NCBI GenBank assembly: GCA_046563655.1
Contig: CM102284.1
Coordinates: forward strand, 5,270,001-5,334,000
DNA length: 64,000 nt
DNA from: Yuukianura sp. NJ FZ-2021
Taxonomy: Eukaryota
Reading direction: 5' to 3'
The position numbers and the translations under genes were made by a program. Of the stretch, positions 53,101-64,000 are shown one piece after another. The notes under the pieces are model-generated. The model saw nothing but the letters and a program-made list of their open reading frames with translations, did no database searches and was not told the origin of the DNA. Each line of letters starts with the position of its first letter. Position 1 is the stretch's first letter.

Positions 53101-54954
53101 TTACTCGAGTGGCATTTCCACTTCCCACATCGGGGTGCTGCCCACCCTGGGGCGCATGATCATCAGGAATTTGGTTGTGTAGAAAATGATTTTTCCAACA
53201 ATCCGAATACTTGTTGGTTTTTGAAAGTAGCCCACAGATCCCATTTCAATTCGATTGAATCTGCAGGACTTGAAATGCTTGACCATCAGCATCTTCTGCC
53301 CTGGACTATCATACTTTCTACCAACTCTCCATGAACGAACAAATCCTTTTGAGAAATGATTTAGTTCACCTAGTTTTACGTACATAACTAACAAGCACAT
53401 GGCAGATGTAGCTGAATATGTTCCAAAAACACAGAATCCTGACCAAGGCAGTTGAGCATGAAAAACTATGATTGAATTATTTGACACGACGATTAAAGCC
53501 ATGACTAAATTTACAAGGTGAAGGAGCGAAGATTGAATGATGTTGTTGGCTTGAGTACAAATGAGTTGGAGGCATCGGTAAGTTATAAATGCTGTCTGAG
53601 GATGACGGGCAGAGTCATTGATTTGATTGTTTGGACATGATGCGCTGGAAAGTACAAAATGCTGGATTAAGAAACACCAAGGAACGAATCGCTTAGAAAG
53701 GTTTCTTACGATGTGGTTTTTGTTATGAAAAGAATGCTGTAGAAGAAGTGGAGCGTTATTGTGCCCGTCAACATGCAAGATCCCCATCTAGAAATAGAAG
53801 TTTCAAACTTTTAGTAAAAACTGAAAACTAAAAAGTGAACCCAATTTTATGTTTATTGAGTTCTACCGAAAAACCTCAAATATAGTGCATCTTTTTTTTT
53901 CTCGGCGGGGTACCGTAAAACCGAAGTTTTTGGAGGGCTCTTAACTTGATATACTTCGCCTAAACCAATTCTTTTTTTTTTATTGCCGATGCTTTACAGA
54001 GTCGCAGTCGGGTACATCGTATGCGATGTATTTACCGTAACGGACAGAGTTGCTATACTACAAGTTTTAAAAAAAAACTTACCCAATCAGGCAGCACCAG
54101 AGACTTGGCAGTGCTGCTAAGCTGATTAAAATTAGGGATGAATCTTTGTCTAAAAATGTTGAACTGACAAAGAAAGCTTTTGAGAGTGGAAAAGCAAAAT
54201 AGAAAATGTGAATGAAGTAAGGTTGAGTAATTGACGCTGCAATTAAAAGGCCCATAAGAACAGCAACAAATTGCCCAAATGGAACTGCACCCTTCCTCCA
54301 GTGTTTTTCTATAAGAAAAATTAATATATTATTATAATTATTGATTATTTAAAATAACAACGAAAAAAATTAATCATCAGCAGCCACATTTAAAACGAAG
54401 AATTCCTTGCGGAAATTGCGTTGCAAAGCGATGAACGAGTTGATGACAGCCCATGTATCTCCAATAGGTTTTAATGTGGCTGTTATTTAGAAATCTGAGC
54501 CTATTTGAACTTATACGGTACTTTTTAGTTAATTACCTTCAAAATCCTTGTAAAAGTTGATGGTACAGTTGAAGAATCCCATGAATTGTTGAAGATGAGT
54601 TCGAATTAAAAATTGAGCCACGGTTGGTACAGAATATGCTGCAGCACCGAAGAAAACAAAGACTTTGAAATGAAACGCATCTTGAGGGTCAGCAAGTGAC
54701 CTTACAAAATTGATCCAAATTAGGCCACAATGGGTGATAAAAATCGTTGAGACACACTGCCAGAGGACATGGGCAGTACTGTGACGCCTGAATTCCAGTT
54801 GACCTTTGACCGGATCCCAGTAATAGGGCATCAGTCTCAGAGCAGAGGCATAGCGCATGGTAACATCTATTTCCAGTTTCAGCAACGGTGTCAACAACTG
54901 TCCAGAATTGACGTACTTTTGTATGGAATCCACAAGGTTTTCGATGGACTCCAT
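53101..54954 (-). CDS. Putative 7-transmembrane chemoreceptor (GR/OR superfamily-like), 4 exons
   Basis: Multiple hydrophobic helices; N-terminal PYYWD; C-terminal FKSCRFNRIEMGSVGYFQKPTSIRIVGKIIFYTTKFLM resembles the hexapod chemoreceptor TM7 region; the exons splice in frame. Confidence 0.68.
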
Positions 54955-56056
54955 TTTGTTGAATTCTTGTTTTAGAAAGTTATGGAAAGGAAAATAGAAA
55001 TGTGCTTTTTGTTTGGATTTCAGTTTTAAAATGCCAGACAAAGTATATGGTTAAGTATGATTAGGCTTGATGGTCAATTTTCGCAATAAAATGCTGGAAA
55101 GTTGTTTGGTCACTCCCACAGGATATGAATTCGGTTTGGAAATTGAAGCTTTTTAGAAAAAATGAAAAATTCAAATTGACTTCATAAGCTTTGAAGGACG
55201 AGGGAGTGCAAATAATTCATAACAATTTTCAGCATTGCCTTGCTCAAATTCGTTTTCAATATTGCAAGGTTATTTAGAAAAAATAAACAAAATTTCAATT
55301 TAAAACAACATTGGCTGTACTTGTTGGAAAATAACAAATGTCTTTTTTTTTCGACCTTATTGGATTTAAAAAAAATTACTAATTCGAAAATACTTGAAAT
55401 AGTTCAAAACGATTTTGTTTCACGCTCCAGAAAAAAAAATTTGAAAAGGAAAGTGGGAATTCAAGAGGCAATTCAAGCTCTTAATTTTTAAAAAAGAAAA
55501 TAAAAATACTATTAAAATGAACGAAATTTTTTCTAGATCATTTATTTTAGAGTTTTCATTTAATCTTTTGATAATAATTGTTTCGACTCTTTGGTAATTT
55601 ATCCAATAATCCTTCCATTAAAATTGTTTCAGTATTCTGGAAAATTTGTTTTCAAAAGTTGTTACAAATCCGTTCTTTTGCATTTTACGTCAATAGACCA
55701 AGTGGTAAATTATTGAAGTTTTTCGTCGTGTTTTGGGGGTTATCCGTAAACGACCAGGTCAGTCGACCCTTGTTAACGTACCGGGCCTTGTTACTAAATT
55801 GAAAACGCTGATGCCCGGCTTACTAGTTACATAGGGATCAACGTGACAGGAGATAGGAGAGTATATACGACACATACACTTCAATCAGTTGGTTATTTCG
55901 ATTTTTGTGTTTTGGCTAGAACTTTTAGGTATGTACTTAATATTTTAGGTAATATTTTTGAATAATTTAATTTACATAATATTTTTGAGGTTTTTATGAA
56001 AAGAACGAGAAAATTTGGATTGTTTACGGGACAACCGTTACTTTGACTTCTAGATC

Positions 56057-58302
56057 ATGCCTGAGAGCGAGGTGGACATAGTAGAAGGGAAAGACGAAAA
56101 CCTACTAATACTGCCCAAGACGTGTCAAGGTCTTCAGAACAATGAAGAACAAGACGACATTCATGATAACACCTCGGGCGATGACCTTGCTCTTGACGAC
56201 TTTGAAGATGATGATGACATACTACTAGGTGCTGTAGAGTCCTCTGATAATGGCGCTGAAGTTCCAGCGCGTAAGTCAACCAATACTTCACGTGTTACAT
56301 GTTACAGTTAGAATGTAACTTCTACTTTTTAGCATTAATCCAATGAAAAATTCGTTTTTAGCTGCACCAAGAACTCGAACAGTTGGGTACTATTTATCGA
56401 AGGACAAGAAAATCAAGTGGAGTAAAGCCAGGCCGCATACCCTGCCGAAAGTCCAAAGTAGGGTGGAAAACCTAAAATTCGGTCCAGTTAATGGTGGAAC
56501 ATGCGCGATGACCCCTTCGGAAGTTTTTAAACTGTTCGTATCGTCTGAGATGGTTCGTACTACCCTCTACTACACCAATAAGGAAGCCTTGAGACAAATT
56601 CCTCAATGGAAATTGATAACAGAAAATGAACTGTACGCGTTCATTGGAATTTTGCTTTACGCTGGAGTCGAAAAGAAAAAGTGAGTTTGTTTTCAGTGGT
56701 CTTTCGAATTTGAAAAAAGGATGATTGTTTTTTTTAAGAACCGAATAATTCGAGTTCTATTCGTATTTGCAGGGGGGAGCCCATTAAGGAGATTTGGAAT
56801 GCCGATTGGAAGTTTTTATGCATTCCACCCGTTGCAACTATGCCCCGGGATCGGTTTGAATCAATACGACGCTTTTTACGATTTGATGACAAAGAAAAAC
56901 GGGAAGATGCAGTTGCGGCTGGAACACCTCTTTCTGCGGAGTCTCTCGTCTCCCAGATTTTCGAACCGTTCACGCTCAACCTTCGAAATTATTTTACTCC
57001 TAGCCGGAATTTGACCATTGATGAAATGCTCCTGAAGTTCAGAGGCCGTACCAAATTTCGTGTTTACATGAAATCCAAACCTGGGAAGTATGGAATCAAA
57101 GTATGGGTTGTAGCTGACAGCGAAAGCCAGTAAATTCTCTTGTCAACAACGTAATGTTTTAATTTAATAATTAAGGTACTTAAATGTTTTAACCATTTTT
57201 TTACAGCTACGTATTGGGAATGAGCATTTACCAAGGAAAGCAAGGAGACACAATAGAGAAAGGCCTTGGAAAGAAAGTTGTACTGGGCTTGGTTGCACCA
57301 TATTTTGGATCCGGAAGATCGGTCACCACCGATAACTTCTTTACGTCAAAGTCACTGGCAGACGAGCTTCTAAACAAGAATTTATCGCTTCTAGGCACTA
57401 TCAAACCCAATCGCAAGGAAATTCCACATGAATTTTCTGAATACAAGAATCGGGATCTGTACTCCACCATATTTGGTTTCTCACGGGATTGTACGCTTGC
57501 TTCTTATGTACCGCGGAAAAATAGGATAGTGACCGTTCTTTCTACCCGTCACACCAAACCTAGTACTGTCGTCATAGGGAAACATCGCACCACCGGCATT
57601 GAAATTCTCAAGCCACAAATGATTCTTGACTATAATTCTACCAAGGGCGGGGTAGACACCGTAGACCAAATGGTTGCTAGATTCTCTTGCCAGCGAGGAA
57701 GTACAAGGTAATAATCTATTTATCGTTATCATATTACAATAATTAGTACTCAAACACTGAAGTCGTACTTTTGTTGTTAGGTGGCCCTTCAAAGTGTTTT
57801 GCATGATGCTGGATGTAGCGGCTCTCAACGCTTACGTATGTCAGAACTATAATCTGGGCAAGAAGACGTGTCGCCGAGAATTCTTGCGTAATCTAGCCAT
57901 GGAGTTAATGGTTCCAGTAATTGCTGAACGTCGTGACTCCGGGCTTGCCCATCAGCTACCAATTCATATACAATACGCTATGATGAGGATGGGCTTTGCA
58001 GTGGAAAAACCATTACCGCCTAAACATCCAGCAGATTACACAATGAAAAGGTAAAATACAAAAATACACATTGCAAAATTGCCGAAGAAAAATTGAAATT
58101 GTTTTTCAGGTGTGAAGTGTGTGATGGCCCGTCAAAGAAGAAGAAAAAATGTAGAATCCATTGCGACGGATGCAATCGATTTTTATGCAAAAACCATTAC
58201 CAGACAATTCACCACTGTGAGGACTGCAAGTATGTCCAAATATTAATCTCCGCGGAACCACCACCAGAAGGCATTTTAATTGGCATTGACCAGAGGTGGT
58301 AG
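56057..58302 (+). CDS. piggyBac-family (PGBD-like) transposase, 6 coding exons, about 617 aa
   Basis: Exons 56057-56270, 56362-56680, 56773-57129, 57207-57707, 57781-58050, 58110-58302 splice in frame; MPRDRF, TIDEML, KPGKYGIK, VTTDNFFTS, YNSTKGGVDTVDQM (DDD triad intact); C-terminal Cys-rich RCEVC...CDGCNRFLCKNH...CEDC. Confidence 0.93.
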
Positions 58303-59140
58303 CCTGCAGGTAAACCTGCGCAGGTTGCAGGCCAACCTGCAGCCCGTGCAGGCGGGCTCAACCTGCGGTGGATTTTTGCAGGCTGCAGGCGTGCAGGTTT
58401 TGATTTGGAAATGTTGCAGGCGGGCGGGTTCAGCCTGCAATGCTCTGCAGGCGCCTGCAGTTGGGCTGCAGGCTGCGGGTTGTGATTTTTTGAGAGTTTT
58501 ATTCTCAGAAACTTCAAGAAAAGATAGAAACGAATAGAAAAATTACTTTGAAATGTTGAAGAATTAAAGTCAATGGAACTATGCAAACTTTTTGCTGCAC
58601 ATTAGTTGCACTATAGGGCCTTTAAACAATAAATAATAAATCCGGAGGCAGAAATATGGTTAAGTAAAGTTGGCGTTACACTTGCCCGTGTAGACAACGC
58701 AAGATTTGACAGTATAACTTTTGCGGATTTTTTTATGTGCAAGGATCAAGAATTTTTAAAAGTTAAACAAACCAAAAGTAAGGTAGCAGTGTCGTAAAAC
58801 AATATATTACTAGGAATTTTTCTCTCTACGTGTTTGGAAAGGATTTGGAATCCTTTCCAAATCCTTTGGAAAGGATTCTTGGAAAGGATTGGAATCCTGA
58901 AATGGAGATTTTCTCTCTACGTGTTGGAATTTTCGTACATTATAGTTCGTATAAAAAAATTGCAGGCTAACTGCAGGCAGCCTGCGCAGGCTGCAGGCTG
59001 GCCTGCCGAAGACCCTTGCAGGTGCAGGCGTGCAGGCTGCCGATTTTCGATAATTTTGCGGGCTGCAGGCGTGCAGGCTAAAAATTCCTGCAGTGCAGGC
59101 GGGGCGGGTTGGGGAAAATAGTTGCAGGCTACCACCTCTG
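58291..59140. mobile_element. Non-autonomous hAT-type DNA transposon (MITE), 850 bp
   Basis: Perfect 18-bp TIR CAGAGGTGGTAGCCTGCA (58291-58308, 59123-59140); exact 8-bp TSD GCATTGAC (58283-58290, 59141-59148); dense subterminal CTGCA/TGCAG repeats; no transposase inside. Confidence 0.93.
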
Positions 59141-59816
59141 GCATTGACTCTTCCAATGAACAAGACTGAAGCCCGAAGTTGTTGGCCCTCGATTCAATAA
59201 ATTATACTTTTTAAGAGATTTGTGCAATTTTGTGAACGATAATTGATGTTTCCGCCAATCAATTTTCGACACCTTAAAAATGCAATCTCACTAAATCTAA
59301 TATTCTAATGTAATCAAAGTATAGTTTAATGAGATTTGAAGGTAAATTATAATACTTTGTGAACTGTATCTAGTTTGGATAAGTTAAGTGTAATTTTGTA
59401 ACTTTGTAATTATCATCGCATTACACCCCTGCACGCCTTCAGCAAGGGTTTTCTTAGACAAGATAAAATTCATAAATCAGTCTAAAAACTAGTCACAAGT
59501 TAACGTTGCAATTTTACTTAATTCCTGTGTTCTAAATTCTTATCGTAAAGTAAAGTGAGTTGCTGAAGTAAGAGTGCTGCTAATCAACAAAATATTGGGC
59601 ACCATTTTCAGTAAGAAGCGACTGATTTGATCTTGAATTCGAAAGTAAATGATGTGGGTAATTCGCAATTTAAAGTGTGACTGAAGATGGAGAAGTATGG
59701 CACAACATTATTATCTAACACAAAATCACGGATTAGACGTTTTCCAAAATCGGTTTTCTAAAATCTAAAATGAAAATCATTTTTGCAAAAGTCAACTTAC
59801 CTCGACGTCTGATTGG

Positions 59817-62800
59817 TTAGGTGAAAAAATCATCATCAGCAAACGGATCCTTGTCTCGATCGAAGATATTGAATGAATCAGACTTCTTCATTTCAGTATC
59901 CGGAAGTTCATGGATTGTATCACTAATGATCGGTTTTCGTACAACTTGAATCATGTGATTTTCCTTCTGCTGTTGATGATTTTGAACTCGATTCTCTCCG
60001 TTAGTATTTCTTTCTTCCATTCCAGTGATTTCTGGTGACGATAGTTCTTCGTTCTCATCTGATTTGTCCAGACTTCCAGTAGAAGAATTGGATCCAGCAC
60101 CAGGCTCCATTTGGTTACTAGAATTAGAATTCCTGTTGGTGCCAGTGATAACTGTGTTTGAATTGATTATCTTCGGAGTTTCTTCCATTCCAGAACTGTT
60201 GACAATATTGTTCGTGGTAGTTCCAGCAGCAGTTGAGAAATCGGCTGGAAAGAAAATGTTTTCTGTTAAAAAGTTATCTTCAAAAGGAGACTCGGCTGGA
60301 GGTAATTTCTGTTGAATATTTTGTTCCATAGTGCTGGAAATCTTCTTAGCAGTAGCATTATTACTTGAATTACTAGAATTATGTTGAGGGTGGGTTTTAT
60401 TGCTATTTGATTCCGAGTGGGACGAAGGGCGTGAAGGCTCAGACTGGTTATGGTTGGACCGATGTAGCTCTAGCGTATGAGACTGCTGGTGGTGACTAGG
60501 TGGTAGAAAATTATCCTCTTCAAAACCGAATTCAGTGACACTTAACTTAGGGGCGGGTTTATTTGCATTGAGACTGAGGTCACTTTGATAACGAGAGGCC
60601 TTTCGGCAACTTCCGTCAAGTCTATCTCCATGGTAGGAAGACGACGATGGACGTTCGTGATCCCTGTCACTCCGACGATCGCGGTCTCTTGGTCGATCCA
60701 AATCGGATTTTCTCAAGCGTGTTCCTCTCGTCATTTCACTTCCAGCATCTCCGTCAAGTTCGTCATCATCTTTGCAAGACGGTGGAGTTTCACTTTCCCA
60801 AGAAGGTGAATTGTTATAGTAGCGATGGTCCCTTGGTCGTTCTCTGTCTCTCTCCGTTCGTCGTCTTCCACGGATCCGACGACTCCTGTGACCTTCTTCC
60901 TCCGAGTATTCCGAAATTTCACGTCCTTCATTTTCGTATTCGTCGTCAACGTTTCTACTGTGATGGTACGGGACGTGATAAGTTCTGTCACGACTGTGTC
61001 GACGATCACGGTGATGATGATGGTAGTATTCCCGGGAACTGTCTCGGTAGCGTTGTTTTCGTTGAGGATGATGTGGATGTCTTCCTCCAGATCCACTTCC
61101 CCCACCACTTTGTGGACGAGACATGCGATAGTCCCTGTCAGATCGAGAATATCCAGATCCCGATCCTCGTCCACTGCGTCGTCGTTCATCTTCATAAGAA
61201 TCATCAAAGTCACTTTCATGGTCCGAATACTTTTCACTTTCCGATGGTCGTCTTCCAGAATGGGCCAACCTTCCCTCTCTATCTTTTCGATGAAGACTTT
61301 GACTGTAGTATTTTCCGGTATGACCGTGACGAGACGACCCTGATCCTCTGTGACTGTGCCGACTTGAAGCATTGGAGTAACATTCGTCGTCATCTTGTCG
61401 TCGACGATGTCGCCTTCTCTCTACAGGTGAAGCAGAACCAGCATCTTCTTCATCATCATAGTAATACTGCTGCCGACGCCATTTTCTTCGGGCAGAATCT
61501 TCATCTGATTCCTCGCGGGAGTAACGCCTACCACTGCCACTGTTTCGTGAGTCAGTCCTTCGTCTTCCTTCTGTTTTCCAGTTTTCCGGTGGATTCCTAT
61601 GAGACCGCTCTTTTTCTTTTCCAGAATCAGAGTAATCCGAAGTTGTAGTGATGTTGCGTGAAGAGGCTGGTCGTGGCCCAAGACTTCGTTCGCTATGTTT
61701 TGAAGAACCGGAACTTTGGCGCTGAAAATGTAACGGTTCCGTAGAGATTGCATGACCTCTGAGTTCATTTCCTCGACTGTTTTTTCTTCCGCCTGGATCC
61801 ACTGAAACCAGTGGTTTCTCAAACAATTGAAAATCAAACTGAGAAGATTGTTCCAGGGGATCCACTTTAGGTGATTTGATTTTCTGGACTTGCTGAAGTT
61901 GGTGAAGTTCTTCAGTGACTGTGGCTGTTGGACCAAATTTTGCCATAGTATTGTCAGCATCAGAATCCCAAGGACTTTCAGCACTTTTACTAAATGTTGC
62001 AGCCAATGGAACAAATTGTTCATCAAAATTTGATTCAAATGTTGCCCACTCCGTTTTCAAATTCAAATCAACCACTTCATCTAGCAAAACTGATTTCGCT
62101 TCTTCATCTTCACCGTCTGAAAAATTGGCGTCCGTGATGTCATCCATTGTTGACAATCCATTTCCAGCAGCATCCACGTCTGCTTGAAGTGTTTTTTCGC
62201 TTGACGAACCACGAGATGTAAGTGTCCTCGACCGTTGACCATCCTCTATTTCCTCTTCTTCCGGTGGAAGTGTTTCTTGGGAGTCACAAATACTAAATCC
62301 ACTTGCAGCTTCTGATTCCAGTTCACGAAACACTGCGTACTTGTCATACTGTGTTTCAGTTTTAGTTTGAATCTCTTCCTTTTTATGAATTTGGCTCAGA
62401 GGGGCTGGAGGCGGTGCACTTGTGAATACAGTTGCTGGAGCAGAAACTGTTGAAAAATCATCATTGTCTGCAAAATTTGACTCAAATGACATTGGCAGCG
62501 TTTTTAGACTTCTGACAGGTTCGCGTTCTTTCACTTCATCTTTCTTCAGATTCATCATTGTCAATTTGATCGCCAATTCTTGAATTGTGTATGAACTGAG
62601 GCGATCTACTGGCATTTCAAGCTTTCCAGCCAATTGACTTAGACTTAACGAGGCCACTTGATTTAGAGCAGCTTCCATTGTGAGTCCCGGTAAAGTATGC
62701 TTTGTTGGCACAGTACTTGATGCAACTTTTGCATCCGTTTCATCAAATGAACTCCTGTTGCTTCCAAATCCACCAGTATGAGATGCTGACGGAGAGTCTT

Positions 62801-64000
62801 CAACTGGATAAGCATATCTTGGTTGCTGCTGTCCACCGCTACTTCCGTTCTGTTGACTTCCTTTACGAAGAGGCAGAGGAAGTGGCAGGTCATTGAAATT
62901 GCAAATTGCATCTCCAGTTGATCTTGTTTTGAGACTCTTGTCATAGTTTACTCTACCCAGCGTAGTTGACATGATGGGTCCAATTGTTTGTTTCTTTGGT
63001 GGAAGTGGAGGTGGTGGAAGAACAGGCTCAATCGAAGGTACAAATGGTCTTGGAGGTGGTTCTGGTGGCACCGTTGCCCCACCAATCACTGGCGGTTGAC
63101 TGGAAACGACAGTATTTAAATTTCGCTTGCCTTCTCCAGAATGTGGACGTGGAAGGGCGGTAGTGGACAATGTAAATGCTCTGTCCAACTTTATAGTACC
63201 TCCTAAAGGATTCAATAAAGTGTGGGGTGGACGTGGCGGCGGAGTAATATTTGGTATCTCATCGGTTCCACAAGTAGGAAGAGATTCCATCCTGTCCAAA
63301 CGCATTGATGACCTCGGAAGTGTTTTCGGACTTGGAGTTTGACCTGTGATAGGTACAACATGAGTGGAAGAAGCGATTGTCATGTTGCGAAGCAACTGTG
63401 GGGATTTTTTGGCCGAAGTATTTTTAGGTGGTGCTCTAACGAAGTAAACTGAAGGTGTGTCTGACGTCGTGCTACTGGTGGTAATCGGTGCAGGATTGTG
63501 CGGAAGCGGTGGAGGGCTGTAGTTTGGTGGTGTGTCACTTCCAGGAAGTTGAGCTCGTATTGACGAAGTGCGAAGGTGGGCATCCACTTTACTCGGTGGG
63601 GGGATCTTAGCTGAAGCTTCAAGGTCATTCAAATTAGTGGGATTAAAGTTGGTTGAAAATGAATTCGGAAGGGGAGATGAGGATGGTTCTGGTTGACTGG
63701 GCTTCAATGTGTTTTCTTGTGGTTGTGTCGTACTAGTTGTAATGACTCCGGAACTTTGTGAAAGCTCGCTAAGTGCTTTCTTCGGTGGATTTTTAAGATC
63801 TTGAAAGAAATCTTTTCGGTCCACAAAAGGTTTCACTCTGCCGGTTCCTAATGGATCTAATTCAGTAAATAAATCTCCAAGTCCGCTACTCGCATTTTTA
63901 CTTTCATCTCCACTTGTGGAAGCAAAGTTCTGAAATAAGAAACAAATGAAAATTAGTCTCGGTTTTTCTTAGTTAAAAACAAAACACTTACGTCGTCAAA
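59817..64000 (-). CDS. Dab: Disabled (Dab) endocytic adaptor, 3' part (PTB-containing 5' exons lie outside the window)
   Basis: DLFTELDPLGTGRVKPFVDRKDFFQDLKNPPKK, YDKYAVFREL and terminal KKSDSFNIFDRDKDPFADDDFF are motifs I recognise from arthropod Disabled; large exon with acceptor at 63929. Confidence 0.85.

Noticed and set aside
58209-59163. ORFs rich in PAA/LQA in the MITE
   Set aside because: Translations of CTGCAG-type subterminal repeats, not proteins.
55767-59448. CCCTTG / CAAGGG as piggyBac terminal inverted repeats
   Set aside because: Only about 6-7 bp match cleanly and neither side has a TTAA target site, so element boundaries are not called.
60025-62038. Long overlapping ORFs (333, 220, 205, 172 aa) on both strands within Dab
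   Set aside because: Shadow frames of a low-complexity coding exon; no recognisable domains.
1-64000. CRISPR arrays, rRNA, tRNA, snRNA, prokaryotic operons or horizontally acquired bacterial genes
   Set aside because: None recognised by eye; all genes are spliceosomal-intron-containing animal families. A covariance-model search would be needed to exclude small ncRNAs.

Overview
Eukaryotic, AT-rich, gene-dense arthropod DNA with mostly 55-95 nt introns. The family content (F-box/LRR, FAAH expansion, 7TM chemoreceptor, clip protease) resembles a compact hexapod genome such as a springtail; this is inference only. By manual splicing I reconstruct about 19 protein-coding genes: two trypsin-type proteases (one with a clip domain), three FAAH-like amidases, two divergent WAP-domain peptides, a CCDC63/CCDC114-like dynein docking subunit, an F-box/LRR protein, RECQL, OFD1, IQCD/DRC10, an unrecognised Cys/Pro-rich protein, an alpha-arrestin, CCDC130, a CUB-domain protein, a chemoreceptor, an intron-containing piggyBac transposase and the 3' end of Disabled. 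Highlights: (1) a 5.1 kb intron of the third FAAH gene holds a divergent gene pair (a hidden 124-aa Cys/Pro-rich gene and a same-strand DRC10 with a Lys-rich tail) flanking twin RFX X-box motifs; (2) an intact, spliced piggyBac transposase without clear TIRs whose last codons were replaced by a hAT-type MITE with an 8-bp TSD; (3) strong recurrence of the nuclear-receptor DR1 element AGGTCAAAGGTCA. All gene identities come from recognised motifs, not database searches.
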